This document shows, piece after piece, positions 55,606-64,000 of a stretch of DNA of 64,000 bases. The stretch comes from a virus, in the IMG/VR virus record IMGVR_UViG_3300044991_002272; one strand, given 5' to 3'. The number at the start of each line of letters is the position of its first letter. The stretch's first letter is position 1. A program made the translations under genes and the position numbers. The notes below the pieces were generated by a model. It did not search any database. It had not been told where the DNA came from and saw only the letters and a program-made list of their open reading frames with translations.

Positions 55606-55663
55606 GCAGGGAGTGTAATGGTTTCAATAGACAAACCCAAAATAGATCTTTCATAATTTTCAT

Positions 55664-55975
55664 ATGAACAAAGTTTTGATGTTTGATAACCCAAATGATT
55701 TTTTGACCCATTTGAAGAACTCATTAGAGAAGGAAAACACACTGTCCCAGACTGAATTGATCAGCTTACTAAAAGGCAGTGTGAGTGCTTTAGAGCAGCT
55801 TTGGACAAGTCAAAATATCTTGGTCACCAAAATGGCAGAAACTGTTGACTGTCTCAACAGGCATGATGAAAGCTGGGGCCATAAGCTAGCCCAGCTCTAC
55901 ACTGTGTTGGAATGTGGCCAAGTATCTCCAGATGAGATGGAACAGATCTTGCGGGATGAAGTCTGTGGGAGTTAG
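55664..55975 (+). CDS. hypothetical protein
   Basis: 103 aa; sigma70-like promoter upstream. Confidence 0.55.
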   Translation: MNKVLMFDNPNDFLTHLKNSLEKENTLSQTELISLLKGSVSALEQLWTSQNILVTKMAETVDCLNRHDESWGHKLAQLYTVLECGQVSPDEMEQILRDEVCGS

Positions 55976-56424
55976 AGCGCAATATCATTCATACCCACAG
56001 ACCTAAGGCGTATGATATTGTTAAGTTGAAAACCCTTGATCTCCATTGACTTGATTACACCAAGATACTTGTTGCGAATCAATGCCACCTCATTCACTAG
56101 ACTCATCATTGTTTGAACATCAGCCTCGCCATCAATGTATTTTTCAATGGCGCGGTCACTCAATTCTCTGTTGTAGCGTTCGAGATAGCGACGATAAAAG
56201 TCGCTTCTCATTTTGTCCACTTGGTTGTTGAGATGTTTCAACACAGCCTCAATCTCTTGCAGTTGACTGAAACGCCAACTTACCTGACCTGGCAGCTCTT
56301 GACTGTTTTTTTCAAGGCTGCCAAAAACCTTGCACTCTTTTTGAGCAACCTCGAGCTCATTGTTGTAGTAGTCCACCATATCAGGAATTTGCGATAGGTC
56401 GTTTTTTACTCTGTTAAACCACAT
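55972..56424 (-). CDS. uvsY: UvsY-like recombination mediator
   Basis: Helical; IEKYIDGE..LGVIKSMEIKGFQLNNIIRLR. Confidence 0.75.
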   Translation of the reverse strand: MWFNRVKNDLSQIPDMVDYYNNELEVAQKECKVFGSLEKNSQELPGQVSWRFSQLQEIEAVLKHLNNQVDKMRSDFYRRYLERYNRELSDRAIEKYIDGEADVQTMMSLVNEVALIRNKYLGVIKSMEIKGFQLNNIIRLRSVGMNDIAL

Positions 56425-56435
56425 GACAATTGATA

Positions 56436-56669
56436 CTAGCAGTCGTCGTCTACGTCAACATCTCCATAGAGTTCATCAAGGGCAGAATCAAGGCTGTCAT
56501 CTGCACCACGCAGTGAGTCAAGATCATGAATCTCCACATCATTTTCTTCAAAAACACTGATGAATTCCAGTGCCACATCGTCTCGCTTGCCAGCTGGAAT
56601 CAAGTCCTTGACTGTTTCCCAAAGCTCTGCAATTAGTTTTGCATCAATTTCCATTAGTTTGATCTCCAC
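56436..56669 (-). CDS. small acidic protein
   Basis: 77 aa; TTAAATA at 56690-56684. Confidence 0.7.
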   Translation of the reverse strand: MEIKLMEIDAKLIAELWETVKDLIPAGKRDDVALEFISVFEENDVEIHDLDSLRGADDSLDSALDELYGDVDVDDDC

Positions 56670-56693
56670 AAAAAATCTGGGGTTATTTAAAGG

Positions 56694-57539
56694 TTACTTG
56701 GGTACAAATTGGCCGCAACTTGCATATACGTCTTGACCAACTTTCGGAATAATCTTACAGGGCATATATTGCTGGATTTGTGCAGCTATGTCATCCACCC
56801 GTAGACTTTCTTCACCCTGTTGACTGCTATAGGGATTGTATCTCACAATGTTGAACTCACTGTGAAAACCATAAGTTTGAATCAAGTTCATCATCTGTGC
56901 AATATCTTCTTCACTGTCGTTTTCACCGCGTATAAATGCTGAATGAAACTTAACTATCTTTTTGGAAACTTTTTGATATTCCTTCAGATTATCCAGGGCA
57001 CGCTCTACTGGCATCGCTGCTGGTAACCATTTGTTTCTAAATGAAGAATTTACTGAATAAATGCTAAAATAAATTGTGGGCCCAATAATAGGAAACACAT
57101 CACACAAGCTTTTTTTCAAAGTCACTGGCATAATAGTGCTGATATTGAACTTGGGTCGTAGAGAATGATCCTGTGCCCTATTGCCCAGTCGCCAAAGAAG
57201 TTCTGCGCCAGTGTTGATAATTGTGGGATTGGCAAGTGGCTCTCCCCGGGCCATGAAATTCAAGTGCACTGTTTGCGCAGGAGTGTCTTTTTCATAATGA
57301 GACAATACAGTTTCAAACTGACTGACAAAATTACTTTGGTCCAGATTCGAAAATTGTGTTTGTTTGGTTGCAGTGAGATGACACATTTGGCATCCACGGT
57401 TACAGCCAGTTTGTGAACTGAGATACGCGATGAAATAGTCAGCTTGACGTCTTACATAACGCGACTCAATAAATCCTGTCAGCTGTTGCTCAACAAAATT
57501 TACACTCGCATCCAGTTGCGAGTTGATCTGTTGTAACAT
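56694..57539 (-). CDS. RlmN/Cfr-like radical SAM protein
   Basis: YLSSQTGCNRGCQMC, MARGEP, ISTI, GEND, RYNP, ASCGQ. Confidence 0.88.
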   Translation of the reverse strand: MLQQINSQLDASVNFVEQQLTGFIESRYVRRQADYFIAYLSSQTGCNRGCQMCHLTATKQTQFSNLDQSNFVSQFETVLSHYEKDTPAQTVHLNFMARGEPLANPTIINTGAELLWRLGNRAQDHSLRPKFNISTIMPVTLKKSLCDVFPIIGPTIYFSIYSVNSSFRNKWLPAAMPVERALDNLKEYQKVSKKIVKFHSAFIRGENDSEEDIAQMMNLIQTYGFHSEFNIVRYNPYSSQQGEESLRVDDIAAQIQQYMPCKIIPKVGQDVYASCGQFVPK

Positions 57540-57556
57540 ACGTTGAAACTTTCTGG

Positions 57557-57748
57557 TTAACGGGATTTGGGCGAAGGTAGTTTTTTTTGACCAAAGTTAC
57601 AATGTTTTTGTACCACTGGGTCATACTTCTTCAGACGCAACTTTTCACTAGACTTTGCACCTTTTGTAGTAACATGCGTCATGTATTTGGTTGGTGTATC
57701 ATGGTCTTGATTTACCAACATTACAATTACGGTTGCTGCTTTTGCCAT
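57557..57748 (-). CDS. rpmG: ribosomal protein bL33 homolog
   Basis: MAKAATVIVMLVN..EKLRLKKYDPVVQKHCNF; AGGAGA SD. Confidence 0.85.
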   Translation of the reverse strand: MAKAATVIVMLVNQDHDTPTKYMTHVTTKGAKSSEKLRLKKYDPVVQKHCNFGQKKLPSPKSR

Positions 57749-57802
57749 CCTGTGTCTCCTGCTATGCGTGATTATATATGGCAATCAGCTCAAAACAATG
57801 AA

Positions 57803-57823
57803 AGCGGGACATTTTGTCCCGCT
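57803..57823. terminator. hairpin/terminator after uvsX
   Basis: AGCGGGAC-atttt-GTCCCGCT. Confidence 0.6.
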
Positions 57824-57847
57824 CTTTGCACTGCTATGTATTGGAAG

Positions 57848-58942
57848 TTATGATAGATCTTCTTCAGGCTCTTGAACTTCAATATCTTCTAACACAGGGG
57901 CAATTTTGCTTAGCTTCTGATGGAACTCATTCATTATTTGATCAAGACATCCATCTTCATTGCGATCCCAAGCTTTTTCAAACTGCTTGATCTGTGTGCC
58001 ATCCAAACGAGTGTAACACCACTTGTTTCCTTCTTTGACTAACAACCCTTTCTGAACAAACAGGTCATACAAGCCACTGTAGGGGTCCATGCCTCGGTCG
58101 TATGGGATTTTAACCTCAACAGTCTCAAAGGGTTTGTTATATCGCGTCTTCATTACACGACATTGAGCACGGATACCTTTGACGTCCGTTGTCTTGTTGC
58201 CCATCTCATCTTCCTTGAGCTTGAGCTTGCGCATAGCCAACACAATGCTGCTGGCGTAGATGGGGCCTTGCCCACCACTAATGACATCATCTGGATTGAA
58301 CATGTCTTGGCTTGCATAACTGTGGTTTGTGCAAATCATGCCGATATCATATTCACCAAACATGTTAACACAATTTCGCACAAGCGCAGCAAGTGCACGC
58401 GGCTTGCGCCCCATATCACCCTTGAGCTCACCAGCCTCAAATTGATTGACATCAGTTGGAGTTAGGAGCATGCCTAAACTGTCAATCACAAAGAGCACGC
58501 GAGGGCGTTCTTCCTCACTCACGCTGTTGTAACGAGCTTTGTAGTCCTTCATGAAATCTGAGATCAACTTGGCAACATCATCAATCATTGCCAAGTTTGC
58601 CTTCAAAAGCTTGTCCTCAGATGTATCTACATCTAGCGCCTTTAGCCATTTTTCATCTAGTGCATTCTCACTGTCGATCAACACCACAAACACATCTTTT
58701 TTCTGTGCATTAGAGGTTAAGTTTCCTGCTGCTAAAAAGCTCTTGCCACTGCCACTTTGTCCAGCCAGCATTGTTACTTTGCCTAGCGGGATGCCACCGT
58801 CACGGAATCTACCAGAGATAGCATAATTGAGTGCATAGTTGCCTGTTGAGATCCATACCTTGGGATCGCGAAAGCCAACTGATAGTCCAGGAATGCTCTT
58901 GGCAATATCTTTTCTAAATCGGGATAAATCTAAAGGTTTCAT
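57848..58942 (-). CDS. uvsX: RecA/UvsX recombinase
   Basis: GQSGSGKS, IDSENA, VIDSLG, SGGQG, KTR. Confidence 0.95.
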   Translation of the reverse strand: MKPLDLSRFRKDIAKSIPGLSVGFRDPKVWISTGNYALNYAISGRFRDGGIPLGKVTMLAGQSGSGKSFLAAGNLTSNAQKKDVFVVLIDSENALDEKWLKALDVDTSEDKLLKANLAMIDDVAKLISDFMKDYKARYNSVSEEERPRVLFVIDSLGMLLTPTDVNQFEAGELKGDMGRKPRALAALVRNCVNMFGEYDIGMICTNHSYASQDMFNPDDVISGGQGPIYASSIVLAMRKLKLKEDEMGNKTTDVKGIRAQCRVMKTRYNKPFETVEVKIPYDRGMDPYSGLYDLFVQKGLLVKEGNKWCYTRLDGTQIKQFEKAWDRNEDGCLDQIMNEFHQKLSKIAPVLEDIEVQEPEEDLS

Positions 58943-59614
58943 CTATTTTTCCATCTTCTTTTTGTTTAGGTATGCTTGTCGACGAGCCTCTGACCAAAGT
59001 TTTCCTTTATGCGTTTGACTTATCAAGAGTTTACTCTCCTCTGTGTGTTTATAGATATGTCCTTCATGGCCTTTACGAATATTTTCAAGTGCTTGCCCTG
59101 TTCGTTTTGAACCCTTATAGGGGTTCGGCACTCCTTTTTTAGCTGCACTTATATTCTTACCACGTTCGGCTAGTTCTTCAGGAGTCATATTCACTTTGCA
59201 GCCTCTTTTTTGAGATGCAATTTTTTCAACATGTTCTGGACTCTTCTTTTTTCCTTTTGCTGCTAGACTCATTTTCTGTCTTGTTACTGTATTGTGAATC
59301 AACCCATAATTGGATTCTCCACCATCTGTCAGATTATGCAAGACACCAGTGCCGTTATCAAGACGACCCCAAAGCCTAATCAACTTCCTTTCCATGATAA
59401 GTGACCATAGTTCTGATAGATTACAAGCAACTATGACTATTCTCCATTTTTCTTTGGGAACTGGAACTCTATGTCTGCCATGCCAGGCTCTGTCGCCCTT
59501 GCCTTTACCAATATAATACGGTGTTCCTGCCTTACCATTTGCCGAATCTTTGATTCTCAAATAAGCGTAAACGTAATAATCTTCAGACAGAATTGTAGTG
59601 GGATAAATATCCAT
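58943..59614 (-). mobile_element. GIY-YIG-type homing endonuclease with NUMOD3-like repeats
   Basis: YYVYAY..PYYIGKG..R..H, E..LI, N.TDGG; [20 protein letters not shown]. Confidence 0.85.
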
Positions 59615-59683
59615 GCTGTTGCTCCTCATAAGCGATAGAGCTGGTAGGTGTTGCAAGCACCGTGACCAGCAGCATGTATTTAT
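59612..59683 (-). promoter_or_regulatory. late promoter plus start-codon-sequestering structure
   Basis: ATAAATA (59683-59677); CATGCTG (59676-59670) complementary to CAGCATG containing the ATG; inner GCTGGT/ACCAGC stem. Confidence 0.55.
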
Positions 59684-59755
59684 CCACTCCACAAATTATC
59701 ATACCGTCATAGAGAGTTCAAGTAAGGTGACATTGTCACCTTACTCTCAAGTTGA

Positions 59756-60829
59756 TCAGGCCTTGGCTTGTTGCCTACGACGTAGTGCAGCCAGAATGTC
59801 TTCTGGGCTAGTCATCTTCTTGGCTTCTCCACTTTCTGCAACGGGTGCAGTGGTTGAGGATACAGCTTTTGCACCGTCGAATGGTGCATCAGCAACATCA
59901 GCAGATGCTGATGGCGCTGTCACACTAATGTTACGGGGAGTAGTTGAGGGTTTGGAAAACCGTTTCTCTGCTCCGGCAACATCACGTGCCATAGATGAGC
60001 CAGAGTCGTTATCAGTTTGTAGGCCAAAAGGCTTGTAAAACTGTGCATACTTGTCTGGATCGTATGGCTTCTCATCAACTGAATCATGGAACATGTCCAT
60101 AATAACCTGCATGTGTGCCTCATCTGGACGCTTGGGCAGATAGTTGCTGAGAGCAAACAGCCCATATTGATCAATAGCTGAGCGTTCATCGTCACTCAGT
60201 GTTCGCTCACGACGTGCCCAAGAGCTGGTACCATAGTCAGCATACGCACCCTTGCTCCCCTTTACCAAACGGAAATCCAGCCCGTTGTCATAGTCAATGG
60301 GGTTGTTTTCAATCTCTTGGTCAAGAAACACTGTCTTGATGCGATCAAACACACTGGGATTGATCACAAAGCGCCGAATGGGATTTTCTGGAAGATTGGC
60401 TAGATCCTCAGGATTGGGATTCTGTGTCACAAAGCCCTGGAACAAAAATGACTTTTTGCGCCAATACTTGCGTGCCATGTCCTCCATTTCTTTGCCGCCC
60501 TTCCACCAGGGACGAATCTCTGCATTGATTGGGCAACTGCCAGGCTTCCACATGTCAACGCAAGGCACTTGCACTTCAATTGGACGACCAGTTGAAGCTT
60601 GACCTTTGATACTTGGGAAGGGAAGACGCGTGATCAGCCGTTCAACCCAAAAGAAATCATTACTGGTATCGCCGTCTGGAAGAAATCTAAGTGTTGCTGT
60701 GCTGCCGTCTGGATTGCTCCAGAAGGGATAATTTGCTTTATCCCCACCGCCGCCACCTGTACGAGCGCGGTCTTTTGAATTTTGTTGTTCAAGTAGTTTT
60801 TCACGAATTTGAGCTAATGATAGTGCCAT
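59756..60829 (-). CDS. gp32-like single-stranded DNA-binding protein
   Basis: ATLRFLPDGD..FFW..CPI..YWRKKSF..LDFRLVK..YADYGTS; CTAAATA at 60925-60919. Confidence 0.85.
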   Translation of the reverse strand: MALSLAQIREKLLEQQNSKDRARTGGGGGDKANYPFWSNPDGSTATLRFLPDGDTSNDFFWVERLITRLPFPSIKGQASTGRPIEVQVPCVDMWKPGSCPINAEIRPWWKGGKEMEDMARKYWRKKSFLFQGFVTQNPNPEDLANLPENPIRRFVINPSVFDRIKTVFLDQEIENNPIDYDNGLDFRLVKGSKGAYADYGTSSWARRERTLSDDERSAIDQYGLFALSNYLPKRPDEAHMQVIMDMFHDSVDEKPYDPDKYAQFYKPFGLQTDNDSGSSMARDVAGAEKRFSKPSTTPRNISVTAPSASADVADAPFDGAKAVSSTTAPVAESGEAKKMTSPEDILAALRRRQQAKA

Positions 60830-60944
60830 TGTATTTTTCTTTCTATGTGCCTATTAAAGTGTCTATATGTTTTCAGGATAGAGACAACAAAACACTGTTT
60901 TGTTGTCACTAACAAGCTTATTTAGTATTGATAGTTCTTACAAG

Positions 60945-62012
60945 TTATTTTTCTGATTTTTTCAATTGTTCAATTATTTCATCCAACTCTGCTGTCACAG
61001 CAGATGGATCGGCTTCAAAGCGGCTTTCCCACCCTGGAACATTTCTTTTCAAGTAGTCTAGGGTTTCATATTTGTTGCCATCACTTGCTACCCAAGCAGC
61101 TTTCACTTGGTCTGTTTTTGATTCATTTTCACTTATCTGGAGATCAAAACTTTCCAACCAACCCATCATGTCTTTAGCTTCACGGAAAGTCAATGGCAAT
61201 GATGTTGTAGGGTGTTTCCAATCAGTCAACATTTTTCTGGCCTTACTAACACCCTCATTGTAGGAGCGTGTTTCTGCCATTTGTCCCAAGAGCTTTTTGA
61301 TTTGTCCACGAGTTGTGCTGATTTCAGTCAGCAAGCTTGTGGACCCCAGTCTACGTGCCCGACGTTGAAGTGCACTCATGTTTTGTAGGGATTTGGTCAA
61401 ATCTTGAATCAAAGTTCCTTCAGCGTCGTGCATGGATTTTTGTTGGCTTAGATGCTGTGCCATAGCTTTAGCTCCCAGCACATGGTTCAACGGAAATTTA
61501 AATCTTTCTCCTGTTGGCGTGTGGAGCATGACCTGTTTGATTCTGCGCCAGCGTTGGGCTTGATCAAGATTGTCTTTGTGCCAAGGCCTTGAGTGTTTGA
61601 TTACAACCAAGACGCCATTGATGGGAAAATAGCTAGTGCGTGTGCTTCCACTCCAAGAATGAGTTTCTGTTACGTTCATGTGTTTAAAATGACGTGGCTC
61701 AAGCGTACGAGCAAAATGCTCTGTGTCAAAACTGAAGTCCCATGGATTGTGTCTCTTCAAGGCAAATTTGATATCCTTGAACCTTTTTTTGTCTGTTACA
61801 TCACTCGTATAAAATGTAACCAAGGGTTTAGGTGGCTTGCCTTTGGTATATCCTAGAGAAACCATCAACTTTTCATTGTTACTCCAAAGGCGATCGCTTT
61901 TCTTGGGATCAAAAACTTGATTGCCTTTTTCATCGTACATATAAATTTCATGACCCTTGCCACTCAAAACATCAAAAATCAATTGGGCCATCTCTTCATG
62001 AGGTGTTGCCAT
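60945..62012 (-). CDS. hypothetical protein
   Basis: 355 aa downstream of terminase. Confidence 0.75.
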   Translation of the reverse strand: MATPHEEMAQLIFDVLSGKGHEIYMYDEKGNQVFDPKKSDRLWSNNEKLMVSLGYTKGKPPKPLVTFYTSDVTDKKRFKDIKFALKRHNPWDFSFDTEHFARTLEPRHFKHMNVTETHSWSGSTRTSYFPINGVLVVIKHSRPWHKDNLDQAQRWRRIKQVMLHTPTGERFKFPLNHVLGAKAMAQHLSQQKSMHDAEGTLIQDLTKSLQNMSALQRRARRLGSTSLLTEISTTRGQIKKLLGQMAETRSYNEGVSKARKMLTDWKHPTTSLPLTFREAKDMMGWLESFDLQISENESKTDQVKAAWVASDGNKYETLDYLKRNVPGWESRFEADPSAVTAELDEIIEQLKKSEK

Positions 62013-62046
62013 ACTCTATCCCTTCTCTATTCCAATATTTAAGAGA

Positions 62047-63642
62047 TTACCAGATGCTAACAGCTATTGGCAAAGGCTCCATCAAATCATCAACCTCCAC
62101 TAAATCATTATTCCTGATTTGTGATGCTGTGCTGTCGTCCCATCTTGCTATAAGCTGACTCATTCTTACTATCATCAATAGTGCACTGACCAAGTCATCG
62201 TGTTCTCCACTTTTGGCTGCAAAGCTTCCGCCTTTGGTAACATAGTTTTTCAGTTCTGAGATCAAAGGCTTGCTCTTGATTTGGAGGCGATTGCCTTCTA
62301 TCAAACTTTTGAGTTTGGTTACAGCTTGATTCTTTGTGCGCCCATTTGTATTCAATCCTTTCCTGAACTTTGATCCACTTTGATTGGGTTCACTCATCAA
62401 TTGCGCTGGTACTACGTCCCATCCTGCTTCATTTAAAAGTTCAATAACAGCCTGCCCATAACTGTTGTTTTCAAATGTCCAGAATATTTCTGGTTCGCTT
62501 ATTTGCTGGGGTTGTGCTCGCATTTCTCGTTCGATGAAGCTGGTAATTTGCACAATCATTTTCAATTGTGTAGCAACATCACTGCGGTTATGCATCCATT
62601 CAGCAACCTGAGCCATTTCTGGCAATCGCCATACTTGTATAGCTGCTGAGTCCAAGCCCACGCCAGCTGATGGATCAAGGCTAATGAGATAAATGTTGTT
62701 GGCTTGAGGCTTTTCCCACCATCGTATATGGTTGGTTTTGAACAAGGGTTCAGTTGAAACCAGTCCTGCTAGACACTGACTGTCAATCAAGGTGCTGTCT
62801 GCTGTTAGGAACCGCAGTTCATATTCACGCTCAAACTTTTCATAACCAATTTTGGCACGCTCTTTTTTGGCCCAGTCTTCGTCTCGATCAGGATGTTGAT
62901 TCCATTTGGCAACAAATGCTTTGAATCCATTTGCTCCCAGTCCATCAGGCAGTTCGTTCCCAAATTCGTCAATTGTACGATTACTGCTATACCAAATTTG
63001 TGCAAATGGGTCCTCATCACTGTTGGGAGTGCTGGTGATAATGCATTTTCCTCCAGTGGCTAGAGTTGGGCTGATGGCACTCCAAAACTCTTCAGCAATT
63101 CGAGGCTTAACGAATGCCATCTCGTCCAAATATAACAAGCTGATGGATTTACCACGTCCTGTTGAAGGAGTAGTAGTAGCACTTTCAATCTTGCTGCCGT
63201 TGTCAAAAACAATCTTTTGCACGTTGTAGGTCACAACACCAGCTTTTAACCAGTCAGGAAGTTCTTCATAACTGAATTTGATGCGATCCATAATCTCGGT
63301 AGCTGCGCGAAAATTATTGGCAGCGATCAAAATATTCACATCTTTTTGGAACGTTGCGAACCATAACATGAAGCTGGCTGCTGTTTCTGTCTTCCCCAAC
63401 TGTCTTGAGCACATAGCTATAACTTGGCGGTTTTGCCAGTAGGTCAAAACCAAGTCTTTTTGATAGTCAAACAGTTTGAAGGGCACTCTGCCTTTGGTGC
63501 TATGTCGAATGTATATGTAGTTGTCTATAAAATACAAGGGATTGATAGCACACTTGAGGAACTCAGCCTCTTGGTGTGCATTCAGTCGCAACTGTTGGTG
63601 CGGCTTTTTTATTAGGACTGGATCAGTGTTATTTTGTAGCAT
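62047..63642 (-). CDS. terL: terminase large subunit (T4 gp17-like)
   Basis: SRQLGKT, LYLDEMAF, ITSTPN, LDPSAG, HDDLV. Confidence 0.96.
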   Translation of the reverse strand: MLQNNTDPVLIKKPHQQLRLNAHQEAEFLKCAINPLYFIDNYIYIRHSTKGRVPFKLFDYQKDLVLTYWQNRQVIAMCSRQLGKTETAASFMLWFATFQKDVNILIAANNFRAATEIMDRIKFSYEELPDWLKAGVVTYNVQKIVFDNGSKIESATTTPSTGRGKSISLLYLDEMAFVKPRIAEEFWSAISPTLATGGKCIITSTPNSDEDPFAQIWYSSNRTIDEFGNELPDGLGANGFKAFVAKWNQHPDRDEDWAKKERAKIGYEKFEREYELRFLTADSTLIDSQCLAGLVSTEPLFKTNHIRWWEKPQANNIYLISLDPSAGVGLDSAAIQVWRLPEMAQVAEWMHNRSDVATQLKMIVQITSFIEREMRAQPQQISEPEIFWTFENNSYGQAVIELLNEAGWDVVPAQLMSEPNQSGSKFRKGLNTNGRTKNQAVTKLKSLIEGNRLQIKSKPLISELKNYVTKGGSFAAKSGEHDDLVSALLMIVRMSQLIARWDDSTASQIRNNDLVEVDDLMEPLPIAVSIW

Positions 63643-63644
63643 CT

Positions 63645-63890
63645 CTAATACAAGCGGAACAAATGGTCAACTGCTTCCAGTTTACGAGGTGTTTCTCCGC
63701 TGACACCCAATAATATTTCTTTTATCACTGCATCAATATTTTGTTTCCAGAATTGCAAGAACGCTTGTGTTCTCTGCAATTCTGGAACGTAGTCATCCAA
63801 CGTCCACACAAATTCCTGAATCAGGTGTTGATAATCAGGTCGATAATAAAAAATGTCCAGTGTTACTATTGTTGTGCGACGTATCAGCAT
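63645..63890 (-). CDS. usg: Usg-like protein
   Basis: TLDIFYYRPDYQHLIQEFVW..DYVPELQR..FLQFWKQNIDA matches the Usg pattern. Confidence 0.75.
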   Translation of the reverse strand: MLIRRTTIVTLDIFYYRPDYQHLIQEFVWTLDDYVPELQRTQAFLQFWKQNIDAVIKEILLGVSGETPRKLEAVDHLFRLY

Positions 63891-63895
63891 GCAAA

Positions 63896-64000
63896 TTATC
63901 GATTTATGTGTTGCCGTTTGATATCAGTCAAAGGGCTTTCACTGCCGTCAGTGTCAGGTTCTTCAGTGTAGGGATCTTTCAAAAACTCATCACGTTTTGT
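63896..64000 (-). CDS. C-terminal fragment of an upstream gene
   Basis: Open frame TKRDEFLKDPYTEEPDTDGSESPLTDIKRQHINR* from window edge. Confidence 0.55.
   Translation of the reverse strand, partial: TKRDEFLKDPYTEEPDTDGSESPLTDIKRQHINR

Noticed and set aside
91-63971. Most plus-strand ORFs in the track (e.g. 7639-8088, 15872-16291, 22827-23153, 45032-45625, 52379-52906)
   Set aside because: Antisense shadows of well-supported minus-strand genes, without SD or motifs
1-64000. Stop-codon reassignment
   Set aside because: Conserved genes are full length under code 11 and end in TAA, TAG and TGA

Overview
A 64-kb slice of a large T4-related (jumbo-type) tailed phage genome, standard genetic code, mostly on the minus strand. 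Core genes: two-subunit type II topoisomerase, class Ia ribonucleotide reductase plus glutaredoxin, primase, gp41-like helicase, UvsW, UvsX/RecA, UvsY, gp32-like SSB and large terminase. It also carries probable virion/internal proteins with T4-type late promoters (TAAATA) and small early genes with sigma70 promoters. Several features point to an alphaproteobacterial host: a circularly permuted tmRNA with an ANDN.. tag, bL33, Usg and YccA. Most notable: (1) a translationally coupled late operon of a double-AAA+ ATPase, an HExxH-peptidase/VWA protein and four paralogous LRR-like proteins with variable repeats and a constant C-terminal tail; (2) a two-piece tmRNA with only a 3-nt intervening segment, not in the ORF track; (3) a 210-nt leader with three stem-plus-TWCMGCAAAS units upstream of a DUF2828-type VWA gene; (4) a helicase fractured by a split intein with a free-standing Vsr-like endonuclease, where the intein halves have reversed charge; (5) an RlmN-like radical SAM enzyme lacking the resolving Cys, beside a bL33 gene; (6) two T7 gp0.7-like kinases. 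All family assignments are from motif recognition by eye; no database searches were run.
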